This document shows, one piece after another, positions 17,505-27,420 of a stretch of DNA of 64,000 nucleotides. The notes below the pieces were generated by a model. The model made no database searches and was not told the DNA's origin. It saw only the letters and a list, made by a program, of their open reading frames with translations. Both the position numbers and the translations under genes were made by a program. The DNA is from Tepidisphaera sp. (GTDB lineage: Bacteria; Planctomycetota; Phycisphaerae; Phycisphaerales; UBA1924). Location of the stretch: NCBI GenBank assembly GCA_050916045.1, contig CP051526.1, positions 864,001-928,000 on the forward strand, read 5' to 3'. How positions within the stretch are numbered: the first letter of the stretch is position 1; every line of letters begins with the position of its first letter.

Positions 17505-19244
17505 TCACACCAGCGACATCAGCGTGTCGAACATCTCGTCGGCGACGGAGATGAGACGGGCGGCGCCTTGGTACTGGCGCTGGAAAGCCATCAGGTTGAG
17601 GCTTTCCTCGTCGGTCGAGACGCCGCTGACGGCCGCTCGCTGATTCTCGAGGCTGGCCCGGACGTCGCCGGCGGCGGAAGCGTCCATCGCGGCCCCGGCG
17701 GACTTGGTGCCGATCGCTGCGACCTTCTCACGCCAGAAGCTGGTGATGGAGCGGCCGCTCAGGTCGGTGAGCGAGGATTCGAGCAGGTCCGCGAGGCCCA
17801 GAGCCGTCGCGTTTTCGACGAAAGTGCCGTCGACCATGCGACCGACGGCGAGAGAATCCGGGCTGGTGAGCAGGTCTTCGCGGACGCCGATCGTGGACGC
17901 GTCGGTGCCGGTGAAGTAAGCGTTGACGCCGAGCACCGCGAGCACGCTCGAGGAGTCTTCGGAGAAGGAGAACTCGACACCCGCGTCGGCGTCGATCTTG
18001 AGCTTGCCCTCGCTGGTGATCGTCGCGGTGATGCCCGAGACGGCACCGAGAGCGGCGCGGATGTCTTCGAGGGATGTGTCGTCGGACGTGCCCGGGAGCC
18101 CGGCGGCGGTGAGGCCGTCGAGGTCGACATCGATGCGGACGGTCGTGGACTGCGAGGAGTTGGGCTGCTTGACCGTGATCGAGAATCCGCCGTTGCTGGC
18201 GGCGAACGGGAGCCGCGAGAAGGAGGTGTTGGCCGGGTCGTTGAGGGCGCGGGTGCGGTCGCCGGAAGCCACCTGGAGCGTGCCGGTGGTGGTCGACAGG
18301 CCGGTCGCGTTGGTGCCGGTGCTGTGAAGCTTGTTGACCTGGAAGATGAGCTGGGACGCGAGGGTGTCGATGGCGTTGGTCGCGTCGTCGACGGCTTCGG
18401 TACGTCCGGAGAGCATGGCGCCGAGCTGTCCCTCGCGCGGGATGATGGCGGTGGGGCGGTCCTTGGTGCGGATGATGGCTTGCACGTCGCCGTTCGCGTC
18501 GTTCTCGCGGCTGAGGCTGAGGCCGCGGGAGGTGCCTGCGACGACGATGGGCTCGGAGCCGACGAGGACCGTGAGGCCCTGGGCGCCGTTGTCGACGACG
18601 GAGACATCCATGAGCTGAGCGAGCTCGCTGATCGCGCGGTCGCGTTGATCGCGGAGCGTGGAAGCTTCGGCTCCGGTGCCCTCGGCGGTTGAGACCTGGA
18701 CGTTGAGCTGCGCGATGGTGGACATGAGAGCGTCGGCCTGCACGACGGCGGCGCCGATCTGGCCGTCGATCTGGTCGCGGAGCTGCGTCAGCGAGGTGCG
18801 CTGGCGGCGGAGCAGAGCGGCGAGGCGGTCACCCTCCTGCACGACGGATGCCGACGACTTGGTCAGATTGGCGCGTTCGGACCAGGTGTTGAAGAACGAG
18901 GAGAGGCCGGAGGAGATGTCGTTGTCGGAGAGTTCGCCGATCGCGGACTCGACGCCGGAGTAGACGGAGGAACGCTGGAGAGCCGCGGACTCGGTCGACA
19001 GGGTGTTGAAGAGGCGTGCTTGCAGGGCGTTGTCGACCTGGCGGCGGACCGAGTCGGTGACGACGCCGCGGCCGATGGCGACGCCGTTGCCGATGAACTG
19101 CGAGGAGGCGGGCGAGAAGTAGGCGGTCTGCCGCGAATAGCCCGGGGTGGAAGCGTTGGCGAGGTTGTTGCCGGCGACCTGGATGCCGATCTGGCTTGCG
19201 GTCAGGGCGCTGCGTCCGATGTTGAGAGCGGAGTTGAGGCTCAT
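17505..19244 (-). CDS. flgK: Flagellar hook-associated protein 1
   Basis: NNLANASTPGYSRQ, LRDQRD, SGVSTDEE, FQRQYQGAAR. Confidence 0.93.
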   Translation of the reverse strand: MSLNSALNIGRSALTASQIGIQVAGNNLANASTPGYSRQTAYFSPASSQFIGNGVAIGRGVVTDSVRRQVDNALQARLFNTLSTESAALQRSSVYSGVESAIGELSDNDISSGLSSFFNTWSERANLTKSSASVVQEGDRLAALLRRQRTSLTQLRDQIDGQIGAAVVQADALMSTIAQLNVQVSTAEGTGAEASTLRDQRDRAISELAQLMDVSVVDNGAQGLTVLVGSEPIVVAGTSRGLSLSRENDANGDVQAIIRTKDRPTAIIPREGQLGAMLSGRTEAVDDATNAIDTLASQLIFQVNKLHSTGTNATGLSTTTGTLQVASGDRTRALNDPANTSFSRLPFAASNGGFSITVKQPNSSQSTTVRIDVDLDGLTAAGLPGTSDDTSLEDIRAALGAVSGITATITSEGKLKIDADAGVEFSFSEDSSSVLAVLGVNAYFTGTDASTIGVREDLLTSPDSLAVGRMVDGTFVENATALGLADLLESSLTDLSGRSITSFWREKVAAIGTKSAGAAMDASAAGDVRASLENQRAAVSGVSTDEESLNLMAFQRQYQGAARLISVADEMFDTLMSLV

Positions 19245-19254
19245 GGGTGCTCCT

Positions 19255-19779
19255 TCACGAACGAACGTCCAGCGCGGTCACGACCGAGGAGGTGCCGACG
19301 ACGCCGCGCCTGCCGTAGGTGCCGGTGTGCGAAGCGGCTTTGGCGACCGTCCGCATGAGGCCTTCGATGTGCGAAGCCAGGGACTGGGAGACGCGGCGGA
19401 CGATGCCCTGTTCCTGGCGGACCTTCGCGATGAGGGTCTTGAGATGGCTTGCGCTGTCGATGAGGCGTTGCTTCATCGGGCCGCAGCGCTCGGCGAGGCC
19501 GGTGAGGGTGACGAGTTCGCGTCCGGGCCAGTGGCCGGCGTCGATGACGCGCTGGACGAGAGCGCGGCGGGCGTGCTCGAACATCGCGATGCGTTCGAGG
19601 CACCCGGTCTGGCGGGTGGTGACCTCGGCGGCGGCGGCGGGGGAGGCGCGGCGGACGGCTTCGCGGTGTTCGGCGAGCAGGCCGAGGTACTCCTCGTGGG
19701 CCGAGATGAGTGAACCGAGGAGCGAAGCCAGTTCTCGGACGAACTGGTCGGGGAGCGGGATGTGCGGGGTGGTGCTCAT
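19255..19779 (-). CDS. flgN: Flagellar export chaperone FlgN family
   Basis: Helical protein ending TYGRRG; position immediately before flgK. Confidence 0.7.
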   Translation of the reverse strand: MSTTPHIPLPDQFVRELASLLGSLISAHEEYLGLLAEHREAVRRASPAAAAEVTTRQTGCLERIAMFEHARRALVQRVIDAGHWPGRELVTLTGLAERCGPMKQRLIDSASHLKTLIAKVRQEQGIVRRVSQSLASHIEGLMRTVAKAASHTGTYGRRGVVGTSSVVTALDVRS

Positions 19780-19794
19780 CGGTGCTTTGGGGCT

Positions 19795-20229
19795 TTAGTT
19801 GGGCTGGTGGTTGGGCTGGAGGGACTGGTTGCGCAGGAGGTCCTTGGCGACGCGGTCGACGAGGGGCCAGCGTTCGGCTTTGGCGATGTGCTGGGCGAGC
19901 TGGGCGTCCATCATGCCCTGCATCTGCTTCTCCGCGGCGGAGGGCGCGAAGGGCGGCGCGGCGTTGTTGGTCTCGCGGAGCTGCTTGAGGAGCGGCTGGA
20001 GGAAGGTGATGGCGATGAACTGCTCGGCGCCGTCGCGTGCTTCCTGCTCGGGGGTCTGCTTGCCGGGGTGTGAGCTTGCGCGGCTGAGGACGCCGGCGAA
20101 AGCCCGCTGGCGGTCGGAGAGTGACACGCTCGAATCGCGCGGATCCGGGAGGACCGGGGCGATGGTGCGGGCGTCGGTTGGGGAGGCCAGGCCAAGAGAC
20201 GAGGACGGGGACAGTTGAACTCCGTTCAC
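19795..20229 (-). CDS. flgJ: Short FlgJ-like rod-binding domain protein (no muramidase domain)
   Basis: AEQFIAITFLQPLLKQLR, AEKQMQGMMDAQLA; follows flgI. Confidence 0.65.
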   Translation of the reverse strand: MNGVQLSPSSSLGLASPTDARTIAPVLPDPRDSSVSLSDRQRAFAGVLSRASSHPGKQTPEQEARDGAEQFIAITFLQPLLKQLRETNNAAPPFAPSAAEKQMQGMMDAQLAQHIAKAERWPLVDRVAKDLLRNQSLQPNHQPN

Positions 20230-20287
20230 GCGATTCTCCTTCGTCCTCTCCGAGGACGGTTGGCGGCGGGGAGTGAGGGGGAAGGTC

Positions 20288-21376
20288 TCAGTCCATCACC
20301 AGCCGAGCGTGCAATCGGCCCGTCTTGTGCAGAAGCTGTAAGACTTGGATCTGCTGCGCCGGAGCGACGTCGAGTTGCTTGAAAGCGGCGAGAAGGTCCG
20401 AGAGCTTGGCGCGTTCCTTCGGCCGGTTCTGCGTGTCCAGGGCCGTATAACGGCTCCGCTCGACCAGGGGGTTGATGATCGAGGGCTGCGGCGGGGGGGC
20501 GGTGGTCGTGATAACCAGGTCCTTGTGGCTGATGATGCCCGGGGAGATCTCGACATCGCCGGTGACGACGATCACGCCTGTGCGCTCGTTGCAGATGACG
20601 GTCGCGGGGAGATCCAGGAGGGATGTGGGGACCGGCGCGGAAAGTGCGCGGTCCAGGAACGCGGCCTTCGCGGGGCGCTCGTGCTCGGGGATCTCGACGC
20701 GGATTGTGCGCTCGTCGAGCGCAAAGGCGACGGCCGGGCCCTGCGGCTGCGCGTTCTCGTTGATGACTGAAGCGAGGAGCTTGGCCGTGGACCAGCCCGC
20801 GGCCTGGGTGTCGATCACGAGCTCGAAGGAGGACTCGATGGTCATCGAGGGCAGGTCGCGGATGATCTGGGCACCGCCGGAGACCTTGGCCGCGGTGGGA
20901 GATGCGGGGTCCTCGATCTCGATCTTGCCCTGAGCCATCGCGTAGACGCGGCCACCTGGGCGAGGATCGGTGAGCGGGGTCAGGTAGAGGACGCCCCCTT
21001 TGAGCGAAGAAGCCGTGCCAATGGTCGTGATGGTGATGTCGAGGCGGTCGTCGGCTTGGGCGGCGATGGCGGGCGTGCGGCATTGGACCATGACGAGGGC
21101 GACGGACTTCACGCCGCCGAGTTCACGCAGGCTTTCGGGCGCGTTGAAGTTATTGGCGAGGATCTGAGCGAGCGGGCGGGCGAGGGTGAGCTCTTTGCCG
21201 GAGTCGCCGGTGCCGGGGAGGCCCATGACCAGGCCGATTCCCTGGATGACGGATTCGCCCTGCCCCTTGATGCGGGTGAGTTCTTTGACCGTGGTGTCCG
21301 CTTGGCTTGTGGGAATTGACACCGCGAGCGAGGCACAGAGGGCGGTCATCAGTCGGCAGAGTCGGTTGATGCGCAT
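20288..21376 (-). CDS. flgI: Flagellar P-ring protein
   Basis: Signal peptide, GIGLVMGLPGTGDS, ASSLKGGVL, NERTGVIV, GRLHARL. Confidence 0.9.
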   Translation of the reverse strand: MRINRLCRLMTALCASLAVSIPTSQADTTVKELTRIKGQGESVIQGIGLVMGLPGTGDSGKELTLARPLAQILANNFNAPESLRELGGVKSVALVMVQCRTPAIAAQADDRLDITITTIGTASSLKGGVLYLTPLTDPRPGGRVYAMAQGKIEIEDPASPTAAKVSGGAQIIRDLPSMTIESSFELVIDTQAAGWSTAKLLASVINENAQPQGPAVAFALDERTIRVEIPEHERPAKAAFLDRALSAPVPTSLLDLPATVICNERTGVIVVTGDVEISPGIISHKDLVITTTAPPPQPSIINPLVERSRYTALDTQNRPKERAKLSDLLAAFKQLDVAPAQQIQVLQLLHKTGRLHARLVMD

Positions 21377-21399
21377 GAGGGGCTCCTGCGGGAGCTTTC

Positions 21400-21415
21400 G
21401 CAACTGGCGTGCCAA
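21400..21415 (-). promoter_or_regulatory. sigma54 promoter of the flgI operon
   Basis: TTGGCACG-CCAG-TTGC, 24 nt upstream of the ATG, with a CAGGAG SD between. Confidence 0.75.
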
Positions 21416-21583
21416 CGCGATCCGGGAAATGCGTTGTGGGTGGTGGGGGCATCAAGTAGGCTGGCAGGGTTGGGCGGGTTCACCCGGCGGGAACGGAAGC
21501 GGGCATGATCGGTCGTGACATGAGCGTGGCGGTCGCTTCGATGAGCGGAGCGGCGGAGGACGGCGCGGACGGGAGTCAGTCGG

Positions 21584-21615
21584 GCCCCGGCGAGTGATCG
21601 CCGGGGCTGTTTTTT
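21584..21615 (+). terminator. Terminator-like hairpin within a divergent intergenic region
   Basis: GCCCCGGCGA/TCGCCGGGGC followed by TGTTTTTT. Confidence 0.6.
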
Positions 21616-21780
21616 GCTGGAATGGGGGTTAGCTTCGCCGGGGTTCTCAGACGCATTGAAGCGTGGAAGGATCCCGGGGTGAACGCCCCGGGCGAATGCG
21701 CAACACACGTGTCGGCCCGCGGAACGGCGAGGAGTATCGCCGCGTGGTGGCCGCACGTCGGCACGAGAACGGAGCGGATC

Positions 21781-23565
21781 ATGCGGACTGAGATGATGGT
21801 GGGAGCGGCGGTGCTGGTGGGTCTTGCGGGCACGGCTTTCGGGCAGTGCGAGACGGTCAAGCTCCATCACACGAGCCCGGCGGCGAACGACCGGTTCGGC
21901 GCGAGTGTTGCGGCGGCGGCGGGTGTGGCGGCGATCGGTGTTCCGGACGACGATCAGGGTCAGGGGACCAACGGCGGGAGCCGGTTCGTGTTTGAGCGGA
22001 CCAACGGCGTCTGGTCGTGGCAGATGTTCACGAGCGATCTGGGAACGAACCAGTTCTACGGCCGCTGCGTGGCGACCGATGGACAGGTGATCGCGACGGG
22101 CCAGGGCGGCGGGACCGCGGTGAACAGCTGGGTCGCGGGTGAGGGGCAGATCTACAAGAAGATCAACGGCCAGTGGACGTTCATCAATACTCCGGGCCTT
22201 GCGGGCGCGGCGGGCGACGAGTTTGGCTGGTCGACGGCGGTGGGGAGCGGTCGGATCGCGTTCGGCGCTCCGCGTCGGGATTTCAACGCCGGCGACGACA
22301 TGGGCGCGGTGTTCGTGTACCGCATCAACGCTTCGAATCAGGGCGAACTGGTCAGCACGGTGATTCGTCCGGCGTTCAGCTCGCAGGCGGGTGAGCACTT
22401 TGGATACTCGGTGGCGATTGCTCCGCAGGGCGGGCCGAACGCGGGGATGCTGGTGGTGGGCGCTCCGGACCGCGACAGCGATTCGGCGACGTCGACGGGC
22501 GGCATCTACGTGTTCAACCAGACGGGCAACGGGTACTCGCTTCAGAATCTCCCGACGCAGTGGGATGAGGCTTTCCAGTTCAACGGCTTGGCTGTGGCGA
22601 CGGACGGGACGTGGATTGCTTCGGGTGCGCCGAGCTTCGGCAACGCTCGCGGCCGCGTGTTTCTGTACCAGAAGCTTCCGAACGGCAACTGGGAGGTGAC
22701 GGGGTTCATCTCGGGTCCGGACGGGGATGGCGGCAACTTCGGCACGTCGATCTCGATGCGTGGCGGGTACATGGTGATCAGTGCTCCGGGCCTGGACCGG
22801 GCGTACGTGTACCGGGACATGGGCGAAGCGGGCTGGACGCTGCTTCGCACGATCACGTCGGCGATGGTGGACGGCAGCACCGGCTTTGCGAACTCGGTGG
22901 CGACGGACGGCACGGATGTGCTGATCGGCGACACGGGGGATACGTGGCAGGGCTTCTCCGGGGCCGGGTCGGTCGCGGTCAAGAGCCTTGAGATGATGGC
23001 GGGCACGGACTCTCCGTACAACGCGGAGTTCATCGGGGTTCCGACGTCGCTGGTGGGGTGCTTGGAGGGCGCGACGCCGACGAATCTCGCCGGGATGTGC
23101 GGGTCTTCGAACGATGCGGCGGACGTGTACTTCAAGATGCAGGCCCGCCGGTCGGGGACGGTGATCGCGGACACGATCGGGTCGGACTTTGACACGGTGC
23201 TTTCGGCGCACAGCGCGATCCCGACGACGCAGGACGCGGAATTGATGGTCTGCAACGACGACATCAACGGTGCTCAGAACCGTCAGAGCCGGGTGTCGTT
23301 CGCGGTGCAGGCGGGCCAGGAGGTCTGGTTCCGCGTGGCCGGGTACAACGGCGCGGTGGGCGGGTTCCACCTCAACGTCCGGTTCGACTGCCCGGCGGAC
23401 TTCAACGAGGACGGGTTCCTTGATTTCTTCGACTATGACGACTTCGTCACCTGCTACGAGGGCGCCGGGTGCCCCGCGGGCCGGACGGCGGACATGAACG
23501 CGGACGACTTCGTGGATTTCTTCGACTACGACGCGTTTGTGCAGCTCTTCGAGACGGGCTGCTGA
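21781..23565 (+). CDS. Secreted FG-GAP repeat protein with a PPC-like domain and C-terminal GC-type dockerin
   Basis: Signal peptide; repeated FGxSVA...GAP; FDTVL...CNDD; tail CPADFNEDGFLDFFDY...ADMNADDFVDFFDY...GC. Confidence 0.85.
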   Translation: MRTEMMVGAAVLVGLAGTAFGQCETVKLHHTSPAANDRFGASVAAAAGVAAIGVPDDDQGQGTNGGSRFVFERTNGVWSWQMFTSDLGTNQFYGRCVATDGQVIATGQGGGTAVNSWVAGEGQIYKKINGQWTFINTPGLAGAAGDEFGWSTAVGSGRIAFGAPRRDFNAGDDMGAVFVYRINASNQGELVSTVIRPAFSSQAGEHFGYSVAIAPQGGPNAGMLVVGAPDRDSDSATSTGGIYVFNQTGNGYSLQNLPTQWDEAFQFNGLAVATDGTWIASGAPSFGNARGRVFLYQKLPNGNWEVTGFISGPDGDGGNFGTSISMRGGYMVISAPGLDRAYVYRDMGEAGWTLLRTITSAMVDGSTGFANSVATDGTDVLIGDTGDTWQGFSGAGSVAVKSLEMMAGTDSPYNAEFIGVPTSLVGCLEGATPTNLAGMCGSSNDAADVYFKMQARRSGTVIADTIGSDFDTVLSAHSAIPTTQDAELMVCNDDINGAQNRQSRVSFAVQAGQEVWFRVAGYNGAVGGFHLNVRFDCPADFNEDGFLDFFDYDDFVTCYEGAGCPAGRTADMNADDFVDFFDYDAFVQLFETGC

Positions 23566-23624
23566 AGCCCGGCTGGCGAGCGACTGAATTGACCCTTCCA
23601 AGTCCGGTTTCCACGGACACGCGC

Positions 23625-23657
23625 CAACCCCCGGGACGGAAGTTCCGGGGGTTGTTT
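23625..23657 (+). terminator. Putative terminator
   Basis: CAACCCCCGG/CCGGGGGTTG followed by TTT. Confidence 0.55.
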
Positions 23658-23703
23658 GCAGGAAAATGCCGCGGCGGCGGGGCGGTTGCTACCCTCCCGC
23701 TCC

Positions 23704-25539
23704 ATGAGCACCTCCACCCAGACGTCCACCGCTTCCGCCCGTTCTACCGTGTCGTCGCACCGTCCCGGCGTGACGCAGGCTTGGTCCCTGACGCTGATCC
23801 CGACGACGCGGGAAGCTCCCAACGACGCGGAGGTGCCTTCGCACGTCCTGCTTCACCGGGCGGGGTTCATCCGGCAGGTGGGAGCGGGGATCTACGACTA
23901 CCTGCCGCTGGCGTGGCGGACGCTGAACAAGATCTCGGACATCGTGCGCGAGGAGATGAGCGGGGCGGACGCGGCGGAGATGCTGATGCCGGCGCTCGAG
24001 CCGTTCGAGCTTTTCAATGGCACCAAGCGGCACGAGACGTACGGGGACAACCTTTTCCGCGTGACGGACCGCAAGGGTCGGCTGAACGCTCTGGCTCCGA
24101 CGCACGAGGAGGTCATTACGCAGTTGATGCTGGGGTGCGTGAGCAGCTACAAGCAGCTGCCGCTGACGCTTTACCAGATCCAGACGAAGTTTCGCGACGA
24201 GGCGAGGCCGCGTGCGGGCCTTCTGCGGTGCCGCGAGTTCATCATGAAGGACGCGTACTCGTTCCACATGAACGTGGAGGGGCCGGGAGGCTTGAACGAG
24301 GCGTACGACAAGATGTACACGGCGTACAGCAACATCTTCAAGCGGTGCGGCTTGGATTTCACGGCGGTGGAAGCGGAAAGCGGGCCCATCGGCGGGTCGG
24401 CTTCGCACGAGTTCATGGTGAACTGTGCGAGCGGCGAGGACACGGTGCTCAAGTGCCCGGTGTCGGGGTACGCGGCGAACGTCGAGAAGTGCGAGATCGG
24501 CGTCAGGCCGAAGGGGACGCTGACGGAGGCGCCGTCGGGTGAACTGACCGAGGTGCACACGCCGAACCTGCCGGGGATCGAAGAGGTCGGCAAGTTCATG
24601 AAGGTCAAGCCGGACCGGATGCTCAAGACGGTCGTCTTCTCGGTTCCGGGCGAGCCCGGGCGGTGGGTTGTCGCGGTGGTGCGCGGGGATCACGAAGTCA
24701 ACGAGGGCAAGGTGAAGGCGCTCGCGGACGTGGGCGCGGTTGAGCTTGCGCCGGTGGAGGCGGCCAAGAAAGCGGGCTTTGCGGTCGGGTACGTCTCGCC
24801 ACGCGTGGTGAACACGGTGCCTGGCGTGCTGATGCTGATCGACGCGGACGCGAGCTTGGGCGGGTTCTGGGCGAGCGGTGCGGACAAAGCGGACCACCAC
24901 GTGAAGCATTTCAACTGGCGGCGCGAGGTGGGCGCGGCGCTGGATGACAAGAGCAAGGTCATCGTCGGGGATGTGCGAAACGCCGTCGAGGGGGATCCGT
25001 CGCCGCGGGCGGAGGGGGCGAAGCTCGTCACCGGGCGGGGCATCGAGGTCGGGCACATCTTCAAGCTTGGCACGAAGTATTCCGACGCGATGGGCTTCTC
25101 GATTTTGGATGAGAAGCAGGGCAAGCGAGCGGTCATCATGGGTTGCTATGGCGTCGGCGTCAGCAGAGCGATGGCGGCGGCGGTCGAGCAGAACCACGAT
25201 GAGAACGGGATCCTGTGGCCGGCGGCGATCGCGCCGTATCACGTGCTGATCACGATCATGAAGCCGGAGGATGCTGGGCACCGAAAGGCGGCGGGCGACC
25301 TGGCGAAGGCGCTCAATGCCGAGGGGATCGATGTGCTCATCGACGACCGCGACGAGCGGGCGGGGGTGAAGTTCAAGGATGCGGACCTGACGGGGATTCC
25401 GGTGCGGCTGACCGTGGGCGACAAGGCGCTGGAAGCGGGCGGGGTGGAGTTCAAGCTTCGCAGGGATGTCGCGGGCAAGGGCGAGGTGGTCGCGATGGCC
25501 GGAGTGTTGCCGCGAGTGCTGGGGGCGCTGAACGGGTGA
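23704..25539 (+). CDS. proS: Proline--tRNA ligase (bacterial type with INS editing domain)
   Basis: LAPTHEE, QTKFRDEARPRAGLLRCREF, GIEVGHIFKLG, MGCYGVGVSR, GVKFKDADL. Confidence 0.96.
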   Translation: MSTSTQTSTASARSTVSSHRPGVTQAWSLTLIPTTREAPNDAEVPSHVLLHRAGFIRQVGAGIYDYLPLAWRTLNKISDIVREEMSGADAAEMLMPALEPFELFNGTKRHETYGDNLFRVTDRKGRLNALAPTHEEVITQLMLGCVSSYKQLPLTLYQIQTKFRDEARPRAGLLRCREFIMKDAYSFHMNVEGPGGLNEAYDKMYTAYSNIFKRCGLDFTAVEAESGPIGGSASHEFMVNCASGEDTVLKCPVSGYAANVEKCEIGVRPKGTLTEAPSGELTEVHTPNLPGIEEVGKFMKVKPDRMLKTVVFSVPGEPGRWVVAVVRGDHEVNEGKVKALADVGAVELAPVEAAKKAGFAVGYVSPRVVNTVPGVLMLIDADASLGGFWASGADKADHHVKHFNWRREVGAALDDKSKVIVGDVRNAVEGDPSPRAEGAKLVTGRGIEVGHIFKLGTKYSDAMGFSILDEKQGKRAVIMGCYGVGVSRAMAAAVEQNHDENGILWPAAIAPYHVLITIMKPEDAGHRKAAGDLAKALNAEGIDVLIDDRDERAGVKFKDADLTGIPVRLTVGDKALEAGGVEFKLRRDVAGKGEVVAMAGVLPRVLGALNG

Positions 25540-25553
25540 TGTCGGGCGGGATA

Positions 25554-25841
25554 TCAGTGCGGCGGGAGGGGTTCGTCGAGGTGGGGCGTGGGGTCGGTCG
25601 CGGTGAGGTCGGCGGGGTGGTTCCGCCAGCCGCGATCGGCGGTGTCGACGGACATCGTGGGGATGTTCTGGTTGACGTCGTTGGGGATCGTGGGCATGAC
25701 GATGGGCTCGGCGTAGACGGAGCGCGGCAGGCCTGTGACGAGGCGGAGCTTCATCCAGATGAGAATGCCCGCGGCGAGGGCGAGGGTGAGGACCGGGGTC
25801 GTCATGCGGCCGAGCCAGCGGATTTTCTGATGGGACGCCAT
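25554..25841 (-). CDS. Small single-TM hypothetical protein, last gene of the pilin cluster
   Basis: GGAG SD; TM followed by WMKLRLVTGLPRSVYAEP. Confidence 0.6.
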   Translation of the reverse strand: MASHQKIRWLGRMTTPVLTLALAAGILIWMKLRLVTGLPRSVYAEPIVMPTIPNDVNQNIPTMSVDTADRGWRNHPADLTATDPTPHLDEPLPPH

Positions 25842-25885
25842 GGGATCTCCGGACTGGGAGGGAGCGGGCGAGGGTGCGGCTTTGG

Positions 25886-26422
25886 CTACGGTTCCTCGAT
25901 CGAGGTGACGTCGGTACGTGCGACGGTGACGCGTCCGGTGTATCCCTCGACGGTGAGGGTGTAGCGGTCGCCGGCGCCCTCGATCACGATCGTGCCGTTG
26001 CCGGCGGGCGTCGAGCCGCCCGGGGCGGTGACCGGAGCGCCCATTTCATCGAAGATCAGGGCGTTGGCGACCGAGCCGCCGAAGTCGATCCGCGTGATGC
26101 GCAGGTTGCCGAAGCGCGTGTTGGTGAGCTTCTGCGTCTGAATGAGGTCGGTCTCCTCGTTGATCTGTCCGCCGCGGACTTCGACGATGGAGTAGCGTCC
26201 CTCGTCGAGGTCGAAGACGATGGCGCGGCCGCTCTGGAAAGCCAGAGCGTCGGATTGGGCGAGGGCGATGTCGGAGACGATGGTGCGAACGGCGGCCTGA
26301 ACGCGCATGCCATCGGACCCGCCGAAGGACGGGATCACCATGGACGCGGCGATTCCCAGGACGGTGACAACGACGAGGACCTCGATGAGCGTGTAGGCGC
26401 GGGCGTACGTTCGGTGAAACAC
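25886..26422 (-). CDS. Prepilin-type (GspH/FimT-like) minor pilin
   Basis: RAYTLIEVLVVVTVLGIAASMVIP; IFDEMGAP; TGRV near the C-terminus. Confidence 0.85.
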   Translation of the reverse strand: MFHRTYARAYTLIEVLVVVTVLGIAASMVIPSFGGSDGMRVQAAVRTIVSDIALAQSDALAFQSGRAIVFDLDEGRYSIVEVRGGQINEETDLIQTQKLTNTRFGNLRITRIDFGGSVANALIFDEMGAPVTAPGGSTPAGNGTIVIEGAGDRYTLTVEGYTGRVTVARTDVTSIEEP

Positions 26423-26453
26423 AACCGGTCCTTCCTGGATCCCGCACGGGCGA

Positions 26454-26807
26454 TCATCGCGCCTGGGCGGGTTCCGCGGGCGTTTCGGGCTTGTCGGCCT
26501 TCGAACGCTTGATGGCTTCCTTGAGGTCCGAGGGAAGCTTGAGCTCGGGCATTTCGGAGATCTTGATGCCCTTGGCGAGTGTGGACTCGATCTTCTCGAG
26601 CTTTTTCTCGAGGGTGTTCAGCTGGGCGATCATCTGCTTGCGCTGTTCGATGGCGCTGGTGAGGCCGGTGGACTCTCCCGGCTGTGCGAAGGCGCTGGGC
26701 ACCAGGTCCATTGGCTTGAGGAGATTGAGGGCGAGGAGCACCGCGACGGCCGTGAGGACCCGGTTGGTGCGGCGGGAAGCGAGCGGCGATGTCGGTGTGT
26801 GTTCCAT
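26454..26807 (-). CDS. Hypothetical protein (TM plus coiled coil) in the pilin cluster
   Basis: NRVLTAVAVLLALN TM, then EQRKQMIAQLNTLEKKLEKIE. Confidence 0.65.
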   Translation of the reverse strand: MEHTPTSPLASRRTNRVLTAVAVLLALNLLKPMDLVPSAFAQPGESTGLTSAIEQRKQMIAQLNTLEKKLEKIESTLAKGIKISEMPELKLPSDLKEAIKRSKADKPETPAEPAQAR

Positions 26808-26876
26808 GGCGGATGGATCGGGCGGAGGAGAGGGCGACTTGAGCGGGCTTTGCCGGAAATGCGGTTGATGGGGGTA

Positions 26877-27296
26877 TCAGGGGATGGGGAGGGGGCGGTC
26901 CTCGGCGTCGTAGCCTGCGGCCCATGCGTTACCGGTCATGGAGTCGTAGATCCAGCCGTAGTCCTGATGGAACTCGGTGTCGGGGGTGGTGCGGATGATG
27001 ATGACCTTGGAGTTCTCGCCGCCGATCCAGTCGTTGACGGGGCCGGGAGCTTTGAGGTAGCCTTCGGTGAGCAGTTCACCCCAGGTGGCGGTTCCGGCGG
27101 AGATTCCCGGGTACGCGGCGTTATTGCGGACGTAGTAGACGGCCAGTGCACGGCGGAGGCGGCCGAGGTGTTCGAGGGTGGCGACCTGCTTGGCCTGGGT
27201 GGTCGCGGAGGCGAACTGGGGGACGACGACGGAACCGAGGATTCCGAGGATGACGACGACGATCAGGATTTCGACGAGGGTGAAGGCGCGCCGCAT
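26877..27296 (-). CDS. Prepilin-type (GspG/PilA-like) protein
   Basis: MRRAFTLVEILIVVVILGILGSVVVPQF; GWIYD. Confidence 0.88.
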   Translation of the reverse strand: MRRAFTLVEILIVVVILGILGSVVVPQFASATTQAKQVATLEHLGRLRRALAVYYVRNNAAYPGISAGTATWGELLTEGYLKAPGPVNDWIGGENSKVIIIRTTPDTEFHQDYGWIYDSMTGNAWAAGYDAEDRPLPIP

Positions 27297-27420
27297 GGTG
27301 ATGTCCTCGAGGTGGGGAAGGGCCCCTGAACAAAGCCGGCCTGATCCGGTGAGGGAGCAGGCCGGTCTCGTGCGTTGGAAGCGTCCCTGTCAGAGGACGC
27401 GATCAGACCAAGGCCGATCC

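Noticed and set aside
16176..18692. Long antisense ORFs (also 850..2598, 10340..12238, 12381..14060, 21349..23601, 58723..60360)
   Set aside because: They mirror well-supported genes on the other strand, as expected from GC-rich codon bias, and carry no recognisable motifs
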